Positions 50,862 to 63,200 of a stretch of 64,000 nt of DNA are shown piece after piece. Every line of letters begins with the position of its first letter. The stretch's first letter is position 1. The notes under the pieces were generated by a model. It was not told the DNA's origin. It worked only from the letters and a program-made list of their open reading frames with translations, and made no database searches. This DNA is from Eubacteriales bacterium (GTDB lineage Bacteria; Bacillota; Clostridia; Oscillospirales; CAG-272): contig JAZRFK010000087.1 of the NCBI GenBank assembly GCA_045661325.1, forward strand, positions 148 through 64,147. Direction: 5' to 3'. The position numbers and the translations under genes were made by a program.

Positions 50862-53800
50862 TTAATACTCGTTATCGAGCAGCCAGCTCCAGTCACCGGG
50901 GCAAAGTCTTGCGCCCGTTTCCTCAATCAAGGTCTTGACTGCGGCGGGGAAGTTAAGCTTGTTTTCGCCATAGAAGTAACGCGTTCCCGTTACCTTATGT
51001 CCACACTTCTGCCAATGGGCATCGCTTCCCATAAAGAAGGTTTCCTTCTGCTGTGCAGTAATGTGCGTGGAGCGCACGTTAAAGACGAAGTTGTCGCTGG
51101 AATGAATGTTGTAGGACCAAGCGCTTTCTACAGTATACTGCTTGAAGAAGTAGTGCGATCCCCGACGACGCAGATAGAGAGCATAGTCTCTGTCGCTGGA
51201 GCCTGCTTTGTCCTTTTCACCTCTGTCAGCACCTGCAGAGTGCATAACCAGTACGTTATTGTAGTTGGACCAGTTGGTAGAGGATCCATCGAAGTAGTAT
51301 CCATCGCTCTGGTTACCAAGTCCGTTACCCGAGGTATCGCTGAAGATAACGCAGTTATGGTGGATGAAGTTAATCTGCTTGGGGTTATCAGGCTTCAGGT
51401 TTCCACCCAGCATATAGATGGCACCGCCGTCGCCCAGGTTCTGCATGAAGTCCGTCAGATAGTTGTGATGGATGTTCATGTTGTAGAGGTTGTATCTGGC
51501 GTGCTCCTCCCAAGTTGCTGCGCTCCAATACCAACCGAACGACATACCCGAATAAGAGCAGCCGATGATGGTGTTGTTGGCAACCTCAACGTCCTTACAG
51601 GAGGCCATATACAGCGCAGGAGCATTGTAGACGCTCTGTGCAATCTGATGCAGGTAGTTCTGGGTGATGGTGACTCTTTCCGCACCGCTCGTGGACGAGA
51701 ACTCGTTGTTGGAGCTACGGTTACCGCGGATGCGGATACCCGAGTCACCAATCATTTCGATTTCGTTGCCCGTAATGGTGGTGTCCTCAACCCTACCCTC
51801 CATATAAATGGCGTTACCGCCGATATCGTGGAAGTAGCAGTCCTGAATGAGAACGTGGTATGCGTGATAGAAGGCCAATGCACTACGGCTGGAGAAGCCC
51901 GTCTGCTTCAACTCGGCAGAGCCCGTGTTGTTGCTACCTGCCTGACCTGCGGCAAGGCCGATTTCGGTCAGCGTGTAGTCGTCAACGCCCCAGACGGTCA
52001 AATCCGTAAAGCTGAAGTATCTCGCGTTATGGAAGATGAAGAGTCTGTCAAGCGTCGGATAGGAGATGACTTCCTCGGTCAGCTCATAATCGCTGTAATA
52101 GTAGATGGTACCGGTCTTTACGTCGTAGTAGTACTCGCCCGTGGTGTCAAGGAATTCAGGGGCGTTAGACACGAAGACGTGACGGTTGGACATCTTGTAG
52201 TTCGGAGGGATTGCAAACTCGGCGTACTGTACGGGGTCAAGGTAAACGGCAACGAGCGTTTCTACCTCTTTTCCTCTGAGCGTGTCGTAGTAATATACGG
52301 TGTCGTCAAAGTCAACGCCCGCAATGTCCAGAATGTTGTAATCCCACTCGGCAGCCGCGTGCAGCTCGATGCCGAGACCCTGAAGGGTCAGCTTCTCGCT
52401 CTCGCCTGCCACATAAGTACCTGCGGCCTTCATAGCGGCCAGCTTGGCTTCTACGGTTGCTCTCAAAGCCTTTACCGTATCAATGTGCAGATAGAGAACG
52501 CCGCGAGAGCCGTAAACGTGCTCAACGGTGTAAGCAACATCGCCAACCTGGATGTCGCCCGAAAGCACCTTGGTGAACTGCTCGTGGAAGTGGGCGAAGC
52601 CTGCGGCGTAATCCGCGCCCATACCGGGACGCAGGTCGTTGGGCGTTAAGGTCGCGAAGTTTTCAAGCGAACGATTTGCCTTGACATCCTTGAAGGCCAA
52701 GAACCATTCGTAATGCTTGGTGTAAGCGGCAACCAGGTCAGGTCTATCCGTTACGTTTGCATACTCAACGGCGGGAGAATGGTCCTCCAGAACGCCATTA
52801 TCAAAGTAGTATTTTGCCTTGGTGTAGACACCGTCAATATCTCTGTCATAGCGAGAGATAGAGGGGAACTCGCCGTTGGCCGTTGTGGTCGGCGTGCTGT
52901 GTGCCATCGTGGCAGACCAGGTGTCGATATACAGGTTACGGAACTTGGGATAGTTGCCCTCGGCATCAGGCTCAAACTGGTAAACGTACACGCCCTCATG
53001 TCCTTCCAATGCCTCAAAGGCAGAAGCGGGAATATTAAGCGCGGTAGTCAACTCAGCGGCATCCTCTGCCTCAAGGTCGCCCTCGATGGTGAAGGAATAC
53101 TTCGAGAAGGTTATCTCGTTAAAGTCGAACTCCATCGTCTCGCTTGCGTGGTGAATACCGCCCGCAACGCGAAGAACCAGATTGGTGGGCGCCGTCATAT
53201 TGACAAGTGCGTTCGTGCAGGCCTCAAAGGCGTCTGCCAGATTGGTGTAGGGCGCATCTTCACTTCCGTTGCCCTTGCCCTCGGCAAAGGAATCGAAGTA
53301 AATAGTGACGTCCTCATAGCAGCCGGCGGCTATCATCGCCAGATAATCAGAGAAGCCGGTTGCCAAAAAGTTCTGGTTGGTCGACAGATAATCGTAAATG
53401 GAGAAGAGCGAGGGATTCTGCGCGTAACCGCCGTTGGTCAGGGTTCCGTAGAAGTAGGTAGCCTCGCCGTTTTCATCCGTCAGCTTCACGTAGGTAGCCA
53501 TGCGAACCTTTTCGTTATACAGCTCGGTGGTGGCATCCAGATACGTCAAGGTGATGGCGAAGGTATCCTCGTCCAAGAAATACTTTTCGTTGGCACCCGA
53601 TACCGAATCAAACACAACGTAACGGTAATCGTAAGCGCCATTCTCCATAGAAGGCATTTCCGTCTTACCGAGATTGAGCATCAAGCCGACCTCCAGGCCG
53701 AAGCCGGAGTTCATCATAGCGGCAAGCGCGCCGTACTGCAGGGTGAAGTAGAAGCGGATAGCATCAGACATATCCTGCTTAACACCAACACCGCTGGGCT

Positions 53801-56800
53801 GTACCCAAACACCTGCCATACCGTTATCAAGTGCGTTTTGGGCCTCTTCCTTGGTCATATCGAAGGAAAGGTGCGAGAAGGCCTTAAAGACGGTGGCTTT
53901 GTCGGGAATGCTGGCCAAGGCCTGCTGCAAAAGGCTTACGTCAAGGTCATGATAGTAGCAAACGTCCGCTACATAGTTTTGCAGAAGCTCCTCGTCGGAA
54001 AGAATTCTGTCGTACACACGAACGGCGTACATCGTGGAGGCAAGACCGCGCCATACGTCAAAGTGCTTATCCTGCACGTCTGCATTTGCGATATAGTCTT
54101 CGCTATTAACGGTCATGGAGGCGCTCAGGCCTCTGTTATAAAGAATGTTGTAAGCGGAAGCAACATTCTCGTTCTCGACTTCGTCAAGTCTGTAATTGTG
54201 AACGATGGTGTAGTTGATGATTTCGTCAACTGCAACCTCCCTCAACGCGTTATCCATACCAATTTGTTTACGGCCGCTTGCAGGAGGGCTATCCCAGTCG
54301 CCCGAGGTCTGATAGAGCCAGCGGCGCTGCATATTACCGTCACCGATATGGCTGTAGCAAGCAAAGCCCATGCAGCGGAAGGCACCAAGAACAAAGGCGC
54401 GCTCGTAATATCTGCCGTAGGTAGAATAGTCATCGAAGTAACGGGAGATGGTTCCATCCTCTGCCTCAACGGTAATACCCTCGGGAGCCAAAACGGTTTC
54501 AAGAGTATAGTCCTCATCGGGAAGCATATCGTAGTTGAAGGTCAGATAGAAGTCGTCACCCTTCCTGGTGCGGAAGTTAACCTTCTTGGCATCGGCATCT
54601 GCCTGAGAAACGGTATCTCTGGTCTTGATACCACCGTCCTCGGATCTATACCAGTCTCTACCAATCAAGGTACCGTAGGTGCCCGATTTTACGGCGTTAG
54701 CCCACAGAACCTCGCTCTCACCGAAGCGAGTTGCGGTGGAGAAGCCGTCATAGGAGGTCAAGAGAATCTGCAAGCCGTCAGTTACGTAGAGGGTGGTGTC
54801 CTCATCAAAGTTATCCACGTAGAAGGAGAGGGTTTCCTCAATGGCCTTTTCCGCAAGGGCCTTATCCTTAATCAAGGAAGCCGTTGCAAAGGACTGGATA
54901 ATGGCCGCGAGCTCCTCTGCGCTGAGTCTTTCAATAACCTCCATATCGATGCCGGCATATGCCAGATAGTCGGCAAAGTGGTTCTGGTTCATTTCTGCCT
55001 CGGTCAGAATCGCGTCATAAATACGGATAGAGTAGACGTCAACAGGCGTTCTCTGGAAGAGATAGAAGGAGGTTTCGCTTCCGTCCTCGGCGTAATACTT
55101 ATTGCCCTGCTTGCTAACCGTGGAAACCTCGCCGTTGCTCGAATAGTTACCGACCTTGGAGGCAACGCCGTTCTTCAGAATAGAATATGTTGCAAGGGTT
55201 TCCGATCCATCCTTGGTCAAATCACGCATAATCTGCTGGGTGTAAACGCCGGCAGTTGCGCGAGAGGCGTCTCCGTACATCTGGCCGTTCAGATAGTTGC
55301 CGCTGTACCAGCCGCCGCTGGTGGGCGCAAGGAAGTAACGGGTAATGTGCGCACCGGTGCCAAGCGTCGTTCCGTTACCGCGGTCGTACACAACCTTCAG
55401 CTGACCGATGGCGTCGGAAAGCGGGCCGCCCCACCAGGCGTTGCCCATATAGTTCTCACCCGTGAGCGCGCCGGAGGCATCCACTATCTTCAGATAATCA
55501 TAGAAGGCGACGCTTTCGATGGTGAAGTCACTCTTGGGAAGCGCGTCAATACCAAGGTTCAGCTTGATATCGGTGGTATTGTTGCCGCCGGTTCCGTCGG
55601 AAAGGACAGTCAGGTCATAGCCAACGCCGCCGCCCTCAAGTCTCTGCCAGAGAGAACCGAGGAAGGTTGCGTTATAGTTGCCCATCTTATCGAACCAGAT
55701 GTTTTGGCCGTTCTCAAGAGAAACAGAGTTATGCTCGTAAGCAGAGAGCAATACAACAAGGCTACCGCCGTTTGCCGTCTTTTCGCCGTTCGCGCCAACG
55801 TAGAGCTTATCATACTCGCTCATTCTGCGCTTTTCCTTGGCGGCCTCTGCGATCGCGGTAATATTATCGGCAATCGTTTCAATTTCCCCAACGGTAACGC
55901 CAAAGCCCTCAGCTGCAACGGCTGCCATGAAATCGTCTCTTACGTCCTCAGCAAGCGCGGTGTAGATGGAGAAATCAGCGCCCACGTAACGCAGAATGTC
56001 AACTGCGGTATTTCTCGCAAGCTCATCCTTCGTCAAGGGCTTGGTGTAAAGACGAACCGCATAGAAGGTTGCGGGCATTGCACGGTTGATAACGAACTTA
56101 GCCTCGAAGTCGGGATTCGTCTTATTGTAGGTGTTCATACCGGGCGTCACGTCAGAGGCGTTCTTGTTGAACACAAAGGTTCCGACGGTCGCAGTCGAGG
56201 TATAGGTAATCGCAAGGTTGTTGACGGCGGTGTCCTTGCGGTATGCCGTCATGCAGTTGTTCCAGTGTCCCGGATTCGTGGCAGAGCCCGTGGCGCTCCA
56301 TCCGTCCGTTGCGGCGCTGGCTGCATCCGTAAACATCGCAACGATGGCGTTGTTGTTTCGGGGATCAGCCCAGTTAGTGTTGTCGGCGGCGTATCCGCTC
56401 CAAAGGAAGCCGCGGAAGGCACCGATGGACATATTGGCCACCGAGGTATACTTCGTACTCGTCAGGCCGCGCACGGCGGAAACGATTTCAAGCGTATAGC
56501 TCTCCTCGGGAAGCAAGGAAGCGTCAAGCGTGATATAAAAGCCGGTCTCAAAATCGCTGAGCTCGCGGCTGTACGAAAGGCCGCCGTCCTCGGGCGCCAC
56601 CCAAGTGCCGCCAAGCGTGGCGTGCTGGGTTGCACCGGTAACGGTGTTCAACCATCTGCTGTTGCCAAGATCAACGGAGGAATCATCCTTAAAGGCGCTC
56701 AAAAAGACGGAAAGCGTTCCGCCGTTTTGGGTTTGACCTCCGTCAATTCCCACATACAAATCCTTGTAGCCCGAAGCCGTCTCACTCGAGGACGAGGAGC

Positions 56801-56906
56801 CGTTTCCAACCACTTCCTCTACCGCTGCCGCGGGGAAGAGGGCGGTGGGAATAAGAGCCGCCAGCATACAAAGCGTCAAGAGTATGCTCAAAATTCTCTT
56901 TTTCAT
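50862..56906 (-). CDS. Array paralog F (2014 aa)
   Basis: RBS AAAGGAG; same architecture; closest to E by eye. Confidence 0.75.
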   Translation of the reverse strand: MKKRILSILLTLCMLAALIPTALFPAAAVEEVVGNGSSSSSETASGYKDLYVGIDGGQTQNGGTLSVFLSAFKDDSSVDLGNSRWLNTVTGATQHATLGGTWVAPEDGGLSYSRELSDFETGFYITLDASLLPEESYTLEIVSAVRGLTSTKYTSVANMSIGAFRGFLWSGYAADNTNWADPRNNNAIVAMFTDAASAATDGWSATGSATNPGHWNNCMTAYRKDTAVNNLAITYTSTATVGTFVFNKNASDVTPGMNTYNKTNPDFEAKFVINRAMPATFYAVRLYTKPLTKDELARNTAVDILRYVGADFSIYTALAEDVRDDFMAAVAAEGFGVTVGEIETIADNITAIAEAAKEKRRMSEYDKLYVGANGEKTANGGSLVVLLSAYEHNSVSLENGQNIWFDKMGNYNATFLGSLWQRLEGGGVGYDLTVLSDGTGGNNTTDIKLNLGIDALPKSDFTIESVAFYDYLKIVDASGALTGENYMGNAWWGGPLSDAIGQLKVVYDRGNGTTLGTGAHITRYFLAPTSGGWYSGNYLNGQMYGDASRATAGVYTQQIMRDLTKDGSETLATYSILKNGVASKVGNYSSNGEVSTVSKQGNKYYAEDGSETSFYLFQRTPVDVYSIRIYDAILTEAEMNQNHFADYLAYAGIDMEVIERLSAEELAAIIQSFATASLIKDKALAEKAIEETLSFYVDNFDEDTTLYVTDGLQILLTSYDGFSTATRFGESEVLWANAVKSGTYGTLIGRDWYRSEDGGIKTRDTVSQADADAKKVNFRTRKGDDFYLTFNYDMLPDEDYTLETVLAPEGITVEAEDGTISRYFDDYSTYGRYYERAFVLGAFRCMGFACYSHIGDGNMQRRWLYQTSGDWDSPPASGRKQIGMDNALREVAVDEIINYTIVHNYRLDEVENENVASAYNILYNRGLSASMTVNSEDYIANADVQDKHFDVWRGLASTMYAVRVYDRILSDEELLQNYVADVCYYHDLDVSLLQQALASIPDKATVFKAFSHLSFDMTKEEAQNALDNGMAGVWVQPSGVGVKQDMSDAIRFYFTLQYGALAAMMNSGFGLEVGLMLNLGKTEMPSMENGAYDYRYVVFDSVSGANEKYFLDEDTFAITLTYLDATTELYNEKVRMATYVKLTDENGEATYFYGTLTNGGYAQNPSLFSIYDYLSTNQNFLATGFSDYLAMIAAGCYEDVTIYFDSFAEGKGNGSEDAPYTNLADAFEACTNALVNMTAPTNLVLRVAGGIHHASETMEFDFNEITFSKYSFTIEGDLEAEDAAELTTALNIPASAFEALEGHEGVYVYQFEPDAEGNYPKFRNLYIDTWSATMAHSTPTTTANGEFPSISRYDRDIDGVYTKAKYYFDNGVLEDHSPAVEYANVTDRPDLVAAYTKHYEWFLAFKDVKANRSLENFATLTPNDLRPGMGADYAAGFAHFHEQFTKVLSGDIQVGDVAYTVEHVYGSRGVLYLHIDTVKALRATVEAKLAAMKAAGTYVAGESEKLTLQGLGIELHAAAEWDYNILDIAGVDFDDTVYYYDTLRGKEVETLVAVYLDPVQYAEFAIPPNYKMSNRHVFVSNAPEFLDTTGEYYYDVKTGTIYYYSDYELTEEVISYPTLDRLFIFHNARYFSFTDLTVWGVDDYTLTEIGLAAGQAGSNNTGSAELKQTGFSSRSALAFYHAYHVLIQDCYFHDIGGNAIYMEGRVEDTTITGNEIEMIGDSGIRIRGNRSSNNEFSSTSGAERVTITQNYLHQIAQSVYNAPALYMASCKDVEVANNTIIGCSYSGMSFGWYWSAATWEEHARYNLYNMNIHHNYLTDFMQNLGDGGAIYMLGGNLKPDNPKQINFIHHNCVIFSDTSGNGLGNQSDGYYFDGSSTNWSNYNNVLVMHSAGADRGEKDKAGSSDRDYALYLRRRGSHYFFKQYTVESAWSYNIHSSDNFVFNVRSTHITAQQKETFFMGSDAHWQKCGHKVTGTRYFYGENKLNFPAAVKTLIEETGARLCPGDWSWLLDNEY

Positions 56907-56965
56907 CTGTTTTCTCCTTTGATACGGGTAAAAGTCGCGTGTTTTTCTATAATAACTCTATTTTA

Positions 56966-56994
56966 ATTATACACGAAGAACGGCAAAAAAGCAA
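56966..56994 (-). promoter_or_regulatory. sigmaA-type promoter of paralog F
   Basis: TTGCTT-17 nt-TATAAT. Confidence 0.65.
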
Positions 56995-57204
56995 GAGTCG
57001 AAAACAAGTTTGTCAATAAAGTCATTTTTCACCGCCTCTTTTTGTTACTTTTGCACAAAGGCGCGTTTTCCAAAAAAGAATAAGAAGTTGAAAAAGCGGC
57101 TTGGTGTCTTTGTTTTTCGTTTTTTTAAAAAAACCGTTTTTGTCAAGCGTGTTAACTTTTTCGGGCATTTCTCCTTGTTTGAGGGCAAGGCCCTTACAGC
57201 GCCG

Positions 57205-57239
57205 AAAAAAAGCGGCAAGGTACAAGCCTTGCCGCTTTT
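57205..57239 (-). terminator. Terminator of paralog G
   Basis: AAAAGCGGCAAGG-loop-CCTTGCCGCTTTTTTT. Confidence 0.8.
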
Positions 57240-57277
57240 CGCGCAAATTCAGATTAAATTGTCTTTTGGAAACGGCA

Positions 57278-60200
57278 TCAATACTCGTTGTCGAGCAGCC
57301 ATCCCCAATCACCGGGACACATACGAGCGCCCGTTTCCTCAATCAGAGTCTTAACGGCTGCCGGGAAGGAAAGCTTATTGTTGCCGTTGAAATAGCGGGT
57401 ACCCGATACCTTGTGTCCGCACGCCTGCCATTGAGCGTCACTTCCCATATGGAAGACCTCCTTCTGCTGTGCAGTGGTGCCCATGGAGCGAACATTGAAG
57501 ACGAAGTTGTCGCTCGAATGGATATTATAGGACCAGGCACTTCCCGTTGTGGTGTGCTGCTTGAAGAAGAAGTGCGAGCCCACACGGCGCAGATAGAGAG
57601 CGTAATCTCTATCGCTGGCGTTTGCCTTTTCACCTCTGTCGGCACCTGCGGACTGCTCTACCAGAATGTTGTTGTAGTTCGACCAGTTGGTAGAGGAGCC
57701 GTCGAAGTAGTAGCCCGTGCAATGCTGACCCAGACCGTTGCCCGTGGTATCGCTGAATACCACAAAGTTGTGGTGGATAAAGTTGATTTGCTTGGGATTG
57801 TCGGGCTTCAGGTTGCCGCCCAGCATATAGATGGCGCCGCCATCGCTGAGGAACTGCATAAAGTCGGTGATGTAGTTGTGGTGAATATTGACGTTATACA
57901 GGTTATAGCCGCCGTGCTCCTCCCAGGTCGCCTTGCTCCAGGACCAGCCGAGAGACATACCCGAGTAGTTACAGCCGATAATGGTGTTATTGGCAATTTC
58001 CACATCCTTGCAGGACGCCATATACAGAGCAGGCGCGCAGTAGACGCTTTGGGCAATCTCGTGGAGATAGTTGTGGGTGATGGTCACGTTTTCCGCGCCG
58101 CTTCGGTAGGAGAACTCATTATTGCCCGCAGCATAACCGCGGATACGAATGCCCGAGTCACCAATCATTTCTAACTCATTGCCCGTAATGACGGCATCCT
58201 CTACTCTTCCCTCCATATAGATACCCGCGCCGCCGATATCGTGGATATAGCAATCCCGAATAGTGACGCCATAGGCATTATACATTGCGATAGCCGCACG
58301 GCGAGAGAAGGAGGTTTCCAGCTTAAGAGCGTCTCCAAGGTTGTTGTTGCCTGCCTGCCCTGCCGCCAGACCGTTGCGGGTCATGGTGTAATCGTCCACG
58401 CCCCAGATAGTCAGGTCGGAGATAAGCAGGTTTCTTACCTCATGGAAGACCAAAAGATTATCCATAGTAGGATAGGAAACAGTCAAGCCGTCAAGTCCCT
58501 GCTCGGTGTAGTAGTAAAGTAAACCGTTGTTGACATCGTAGTAATATTCGCCCTCCTCGTCCACAAACTCCAGGGCGTTACGCAGGAATACGTATCTGTT
58601 TGCCATAGAGTTATCCGGGGGAATGGCAAACTTAACATACTGCTCCTTATTGGCGTACACTGCCACGCAGGTTTCCACCGTCTTGTGTCTTGCGTCATAG
58701 TAGTATGCCACGTCTTCAAAGTCGATGCCGTCAACGTCGATGATGTTGTAGTCCCAGTTGGCGTGGGCGTGCAGCTCAAGGCCGCTGCCTTGGAGCACCA
58801 GCTTTTCGCTTTCACCTGCCACGTAGGTGCCTGCCTCCTTCAAGGCGGCGAGCTTGGCTTCCACGGTCGCGCGCAGGGCTTCCACTGTTTCTACCGGCAG
58901 GTAGAGAACGCCCGCGCGGTCATCGTTGTTTGCAATAGCGGGCAGGGTATAATCCACGTTCGACACCTTTATCTGCCCGTCCTTTGCCTGACAAAGCAGC
59001 GCGTGGAAGTGGGCGAAGCCCTCGGCGTAATTGGCGCCCATACCGCTTCTGACATCTGCCACGGTCAACGCCTTAAAGGCATCCTTGGAAAGGGTCAGGT
59101 CGTTATACTTGGCCTTGAGGTCGCCCAGAGCCAAGAACCACTCGTAATGCTTGGTATAGGAAGCCAGAAGGTCGGGTCTGTTGACGGCTGCGTACTCAAC
59201 GGCAGGGGTGTGCTCGGTCAGAACGCCGTTGTCATAGTAATACTCTGCCTTTAAGAAGGTTCCCTCCATGTCTCTGTCAAAGCGAGAGATAATGGGGAAT
59301 TCTCCGTAGGCGGTGGTGGTGGGGGTGCTATGAGCAAGGTCTGCCGTCATTCCGTCCACGTAGAGATTACGGAATTTGGGATAGTTGCCCTCGGCGTCGG
59401 GCGCGAACTCGAAGACGTAGAGTCCGTCCTTGCCCTCTACGGCCTTAAAGGCGGAGGTAGGAATATCAAGAACCGTTGTCAGCTCGGGCGCCTCGTCCGC
59501 CTCGAAATCTCCTTCGATATTGAAGGTGTAATCGGAGTACAGAACCTCATCAAAATCAAGCTCGGCGACCTCGGATACACGGTGAAGTCCGCCCTCCACG
59601 AACAAGGTTATGTTGGTGGGCTTATCCAACGCCACCAGAAGCGCCTTGCAGGCGTCAAAGGCATCGTTGAAATTGGTATAGGGCGCCTCTTTGCTTCCAT
59701 CGCCCGTGCCCTCGGCATAGGAGTCGAAGTATATAGTCTCCTCGTAGTAGCAATCCAGCACCAACGCCTCAAGGAAGCCTGTCAGCCCCTCCGCAGCAAT
59801 ACCGGGACGCCCTTGCAGGTATTTGTACACCGAGAAGAGTGAGGTGTTGGTATCGTAGGCGCTGTTGCCAAGGCCGCTGTAGAAATAGATGTCGTTGCCC
59901 TCGGCATCCGTCAGCTTCACGTAGGAGACAACACGGATTTTTTCGTTATACAGCTCGCGGTTCGCATGCTGATAGTACAGGGTAACGGCGTAGGTGTCCT
60001 CGTCCAGGAAGTAGGCGGAGGTTTTACCCGAGACGGAGTTAAAGGCGATAAAGCGGTAATCATAGGCACCGTCAGCGACAGGGTTTTCATCCTTGCCCAC
60101 GTTAACGAGGGTGCCGAGCTCCACCTTGAAGCCTGCCGCCATAATAGCGGCAATCGCAGGATACTGCAGGGTGAAATAGAAGCGAATGGCATCCGACATA

Positions 60201-63200
60201 TCGCTCTTGATGCCAACGCCGTCGGTACGCACCCAAATGCCTGCCATGGCGTTATCCAGAACGCTCTGCGCCTCCTCCTTGGTCATCTCAAAGGAAAGCT
60301 CGGAGAACGCCTTAAAGACGATGGTTTTGTCGGAGATGCTGGAGAGCGCCTCGGACAGCATGGAAATATCCAGATCAAAGTAGTAGCAAACGTCTGCCAC
60401 GCGGTTCTGGAGCATTTCGTCCTCGGTGAGGAGTCTGTCATACACACGGACGGAATACATAGTAGACGCCAAGCCGCGCCAGATGTTGAAGCGCTGGTCC
60501 TTTACGTCATCCTTGGCGATGTACATATCGGCACCGATGCTGGAATTCATATAGATATTGCCGTCGCCGATAATGGTATATTGAGAGGAAAGCGCATCGG
60601 TTTCCGTGTTTCTGATGAGGTCATGCTTGATGGTATAGTTGACAATCTGTCCGGGGGTAAGACCTGCAAACGCCGTATCCGTTCCCACGTGAACACGGGC
60701 AGGAAGAGGCTTAAAATCGTCCCAGCCGCCCTCGCTCTGATAGAGCCAGCGGCGCTCCATATTGCCGTTATCTTTATGGCTGTAGCAGGCAAAGCCCATG
60801 CAGCGGAAGGCGCCAAGGATAAAGGCGCGCTCGTAATATCTGCCGTAGGTGGAATAATCGTCCGTATACCAGGTGATATTGCCCTCGGCATCCTCTACCG
60901 TGATACCCTCGGGAGAGAGGACGGTTTCAATGGTGTAATCCTCGGCGGGAAGGAAGCTGTAATCCAAATCCAAGTAGAAGTCCGCGCCGCTTCTGGTGCG
61001 GAGATTTACCTTCTTGGCGTCGGCATCTGCCTGAGAAACGGTTTCACGAAGCCGCAAGCCGCCGTCCTCGTTTCTGTACCAGCCCGCGCCCACCAAAGTG
61101 CCGTAGGTACCCGCGGTCACGGCATTTGCCCAAACAACACCGCTTGCCGCGTCAATACGGGCGGCGGTGGAGAAGCCGTCGTAGGAGGAAAGAAGCACCA
61201 CAAGACCGTCCGTCACGTAGAGAGATTCTTCCTTTTTCCAGTCGCTTTTCAAAAGCGCCAGGGTGTCCTTCAAGGCGGTCTCAAAGGCGTTCTTATCGGC
61301 AAAGCTCATCTGCGCTAAGGCGTCTACCACGAAGGCACGCTCCTCGGCACTCAAATCCGTATAGGCGGAGGCGTCTGTGCCCGAATAGGCAAGAAGGTCT
61401 ACAAAGTGGTTATACTTGATTTCATACTCGGTCAAAATGGCGTCGTACATTCTGACGGAATAAACTGCCACGGGGGTACGGCGGAAGAGGTAGAAGGCAG
61501 AGTCACTGTCCGCGTCGGTATAATACTTATAGCCGAGGGTGGTACCCTTTCCCGCTTCGTAGGTGGAAACCTCGCCAAGACTGGTGAAGGTACCCGTTTT
61601 GGTCATAGCACCGTTCTTCAGTACCTTAAAGGTCGCCGTAATTTCATTGCTCGTGACCGTCAAGTCACGCACTATCTGCTGGGTATAAATGGCCGTATCG
61701 ACACGGCTGCTTTCGGGCCAGAGCTGGTTGTTCAGATAGTTGCCCGTCTGCCAACCGCCTTCAGCGGGAGAGATAAACCAACGAACGTAATGGGCGCCGC
61801 CCAAGGTGGTGCTGGTACCGCGCTCGTAAATCGCCTTGAACTGTCCGATAGCATCGGAGACGGTGGTGGCGAGGTGAGCGCCGCTGTATTTGCCCAAAAC
61901 GTTGCCGTCAGCGTCAATTTCCTGGGGATAGCCGTATTTCACAACGGTTTCCAGGGTATAGTCCTCCTTAGGAATAGCGGCTCCGCCTATATTCAGATAG
62001 GCGTCTACGTTTTTCGTGCCCGCGGTAGCATTCGCAGGGTTAATGGTGATGTCATAACCAACGCCGCCCCCTGTCAAAGAGCCCCAAACGGAGCCAATGA
62101 AGGTGCCGTTGTGGTTGCCCATTTTATCGTACCAGACGCCGCTTTCTCCCGCAAAAACCGTGGAGGCGGTGTCATAGGCGGTCAAAAGCATCGTCAGGCT
62201 TCCGCCGTTTTCGGTCTTGCTGCCGTCAGCGCCGATATAAAGCGCGTCGTAGGCGGTCATTTTGCGCGCCGCTTCCTCTTTGGCGCGAATGGCTTCCAGC
62301 TGCTCAATGATGTCCTCCAAGTCCCGAACGGTCACGTCCATGCTCTTCTTGGACACCTGGAGCAAGAAGGTTTCCTTGTCTTCCTCGTTGAGTCCTGCAT
62401 AAAGGGAGAAGGGAGCGCCGATGTAGAGAAGAATATCAATCGCGCGGTTGCGGGTTACCTCTGCCTCGGTCAACGCCTTGGTGTACAGACGCACGCTGTA
62501 AACGGTAGCGGGGACGGAGCGGAAGAGGATAAAATTGCCCTGATAGACAGAGCCAGCCGTAATGGGACAGGAATTGGCGCTTCCGGGCGTTGCGTTGGCG
62601 CCGTTCTTGGCAAAGGTGTAGATGTATTTGCCCGAAACGGTATCGCTGGTCAAGGTGATGCCTGCGGTGATGACGGAGGTATCGCCCTGCCAGATGTTGG
62701 TGGTGTCGTTCCAGTTGTTCGTTGCCGCACCGCACTTATTCCAGTTGTCATCCGTGGTGGTATCCGACTCGGTTATCATATGTACGAAGCTATTGAGCTT
62801 GCGGTTATTGGAGCTTTGGGAGCCGTACCAGAAGAATGCGCGGAAGCGTCCGAGAGAGAAGCCTGCCGGGTTGTTGTAAGAGGTGGCCTCGGGTACAGTA
62901 ACGCCGTCACCGTTCACGGTCAAGCCGCGCACGGAGGAGACAATCTCTAAGGTATACGCATCCGTAGGCAGAAGAGAGGGATCCAAGGCGATGTATTTAG
63001 AATAGTCCGCTGCTGCCAGGTCATATCCGATACCGCCCTTTGCACCCTCCGTCCAGGCGCCGTTGATGGTGGCGTGCCGGGTGGCGCCGGGAGCAACGTT
63101 GGTCCACTGCCCTTCCGTCAGATTGTAGGAGGCGGCATTTTGGAAGCCCGTGAGCAAAACGGTGAGCTCGCCACCGTTTCCTGTCTTGCTGCCATCGGCA

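Noticed and set aside
52713-56966. Very long plus-strand ORFs antisense to array genes (also 46814-50329, 17787-21065, 26952-28916)
   Set aside because: Codon-aligned shadows of the real genes, consistent with rare TTA/CTA/TCA sense codons. They show no recognisable motifs, and their boundaries are not conserved between paralogs.
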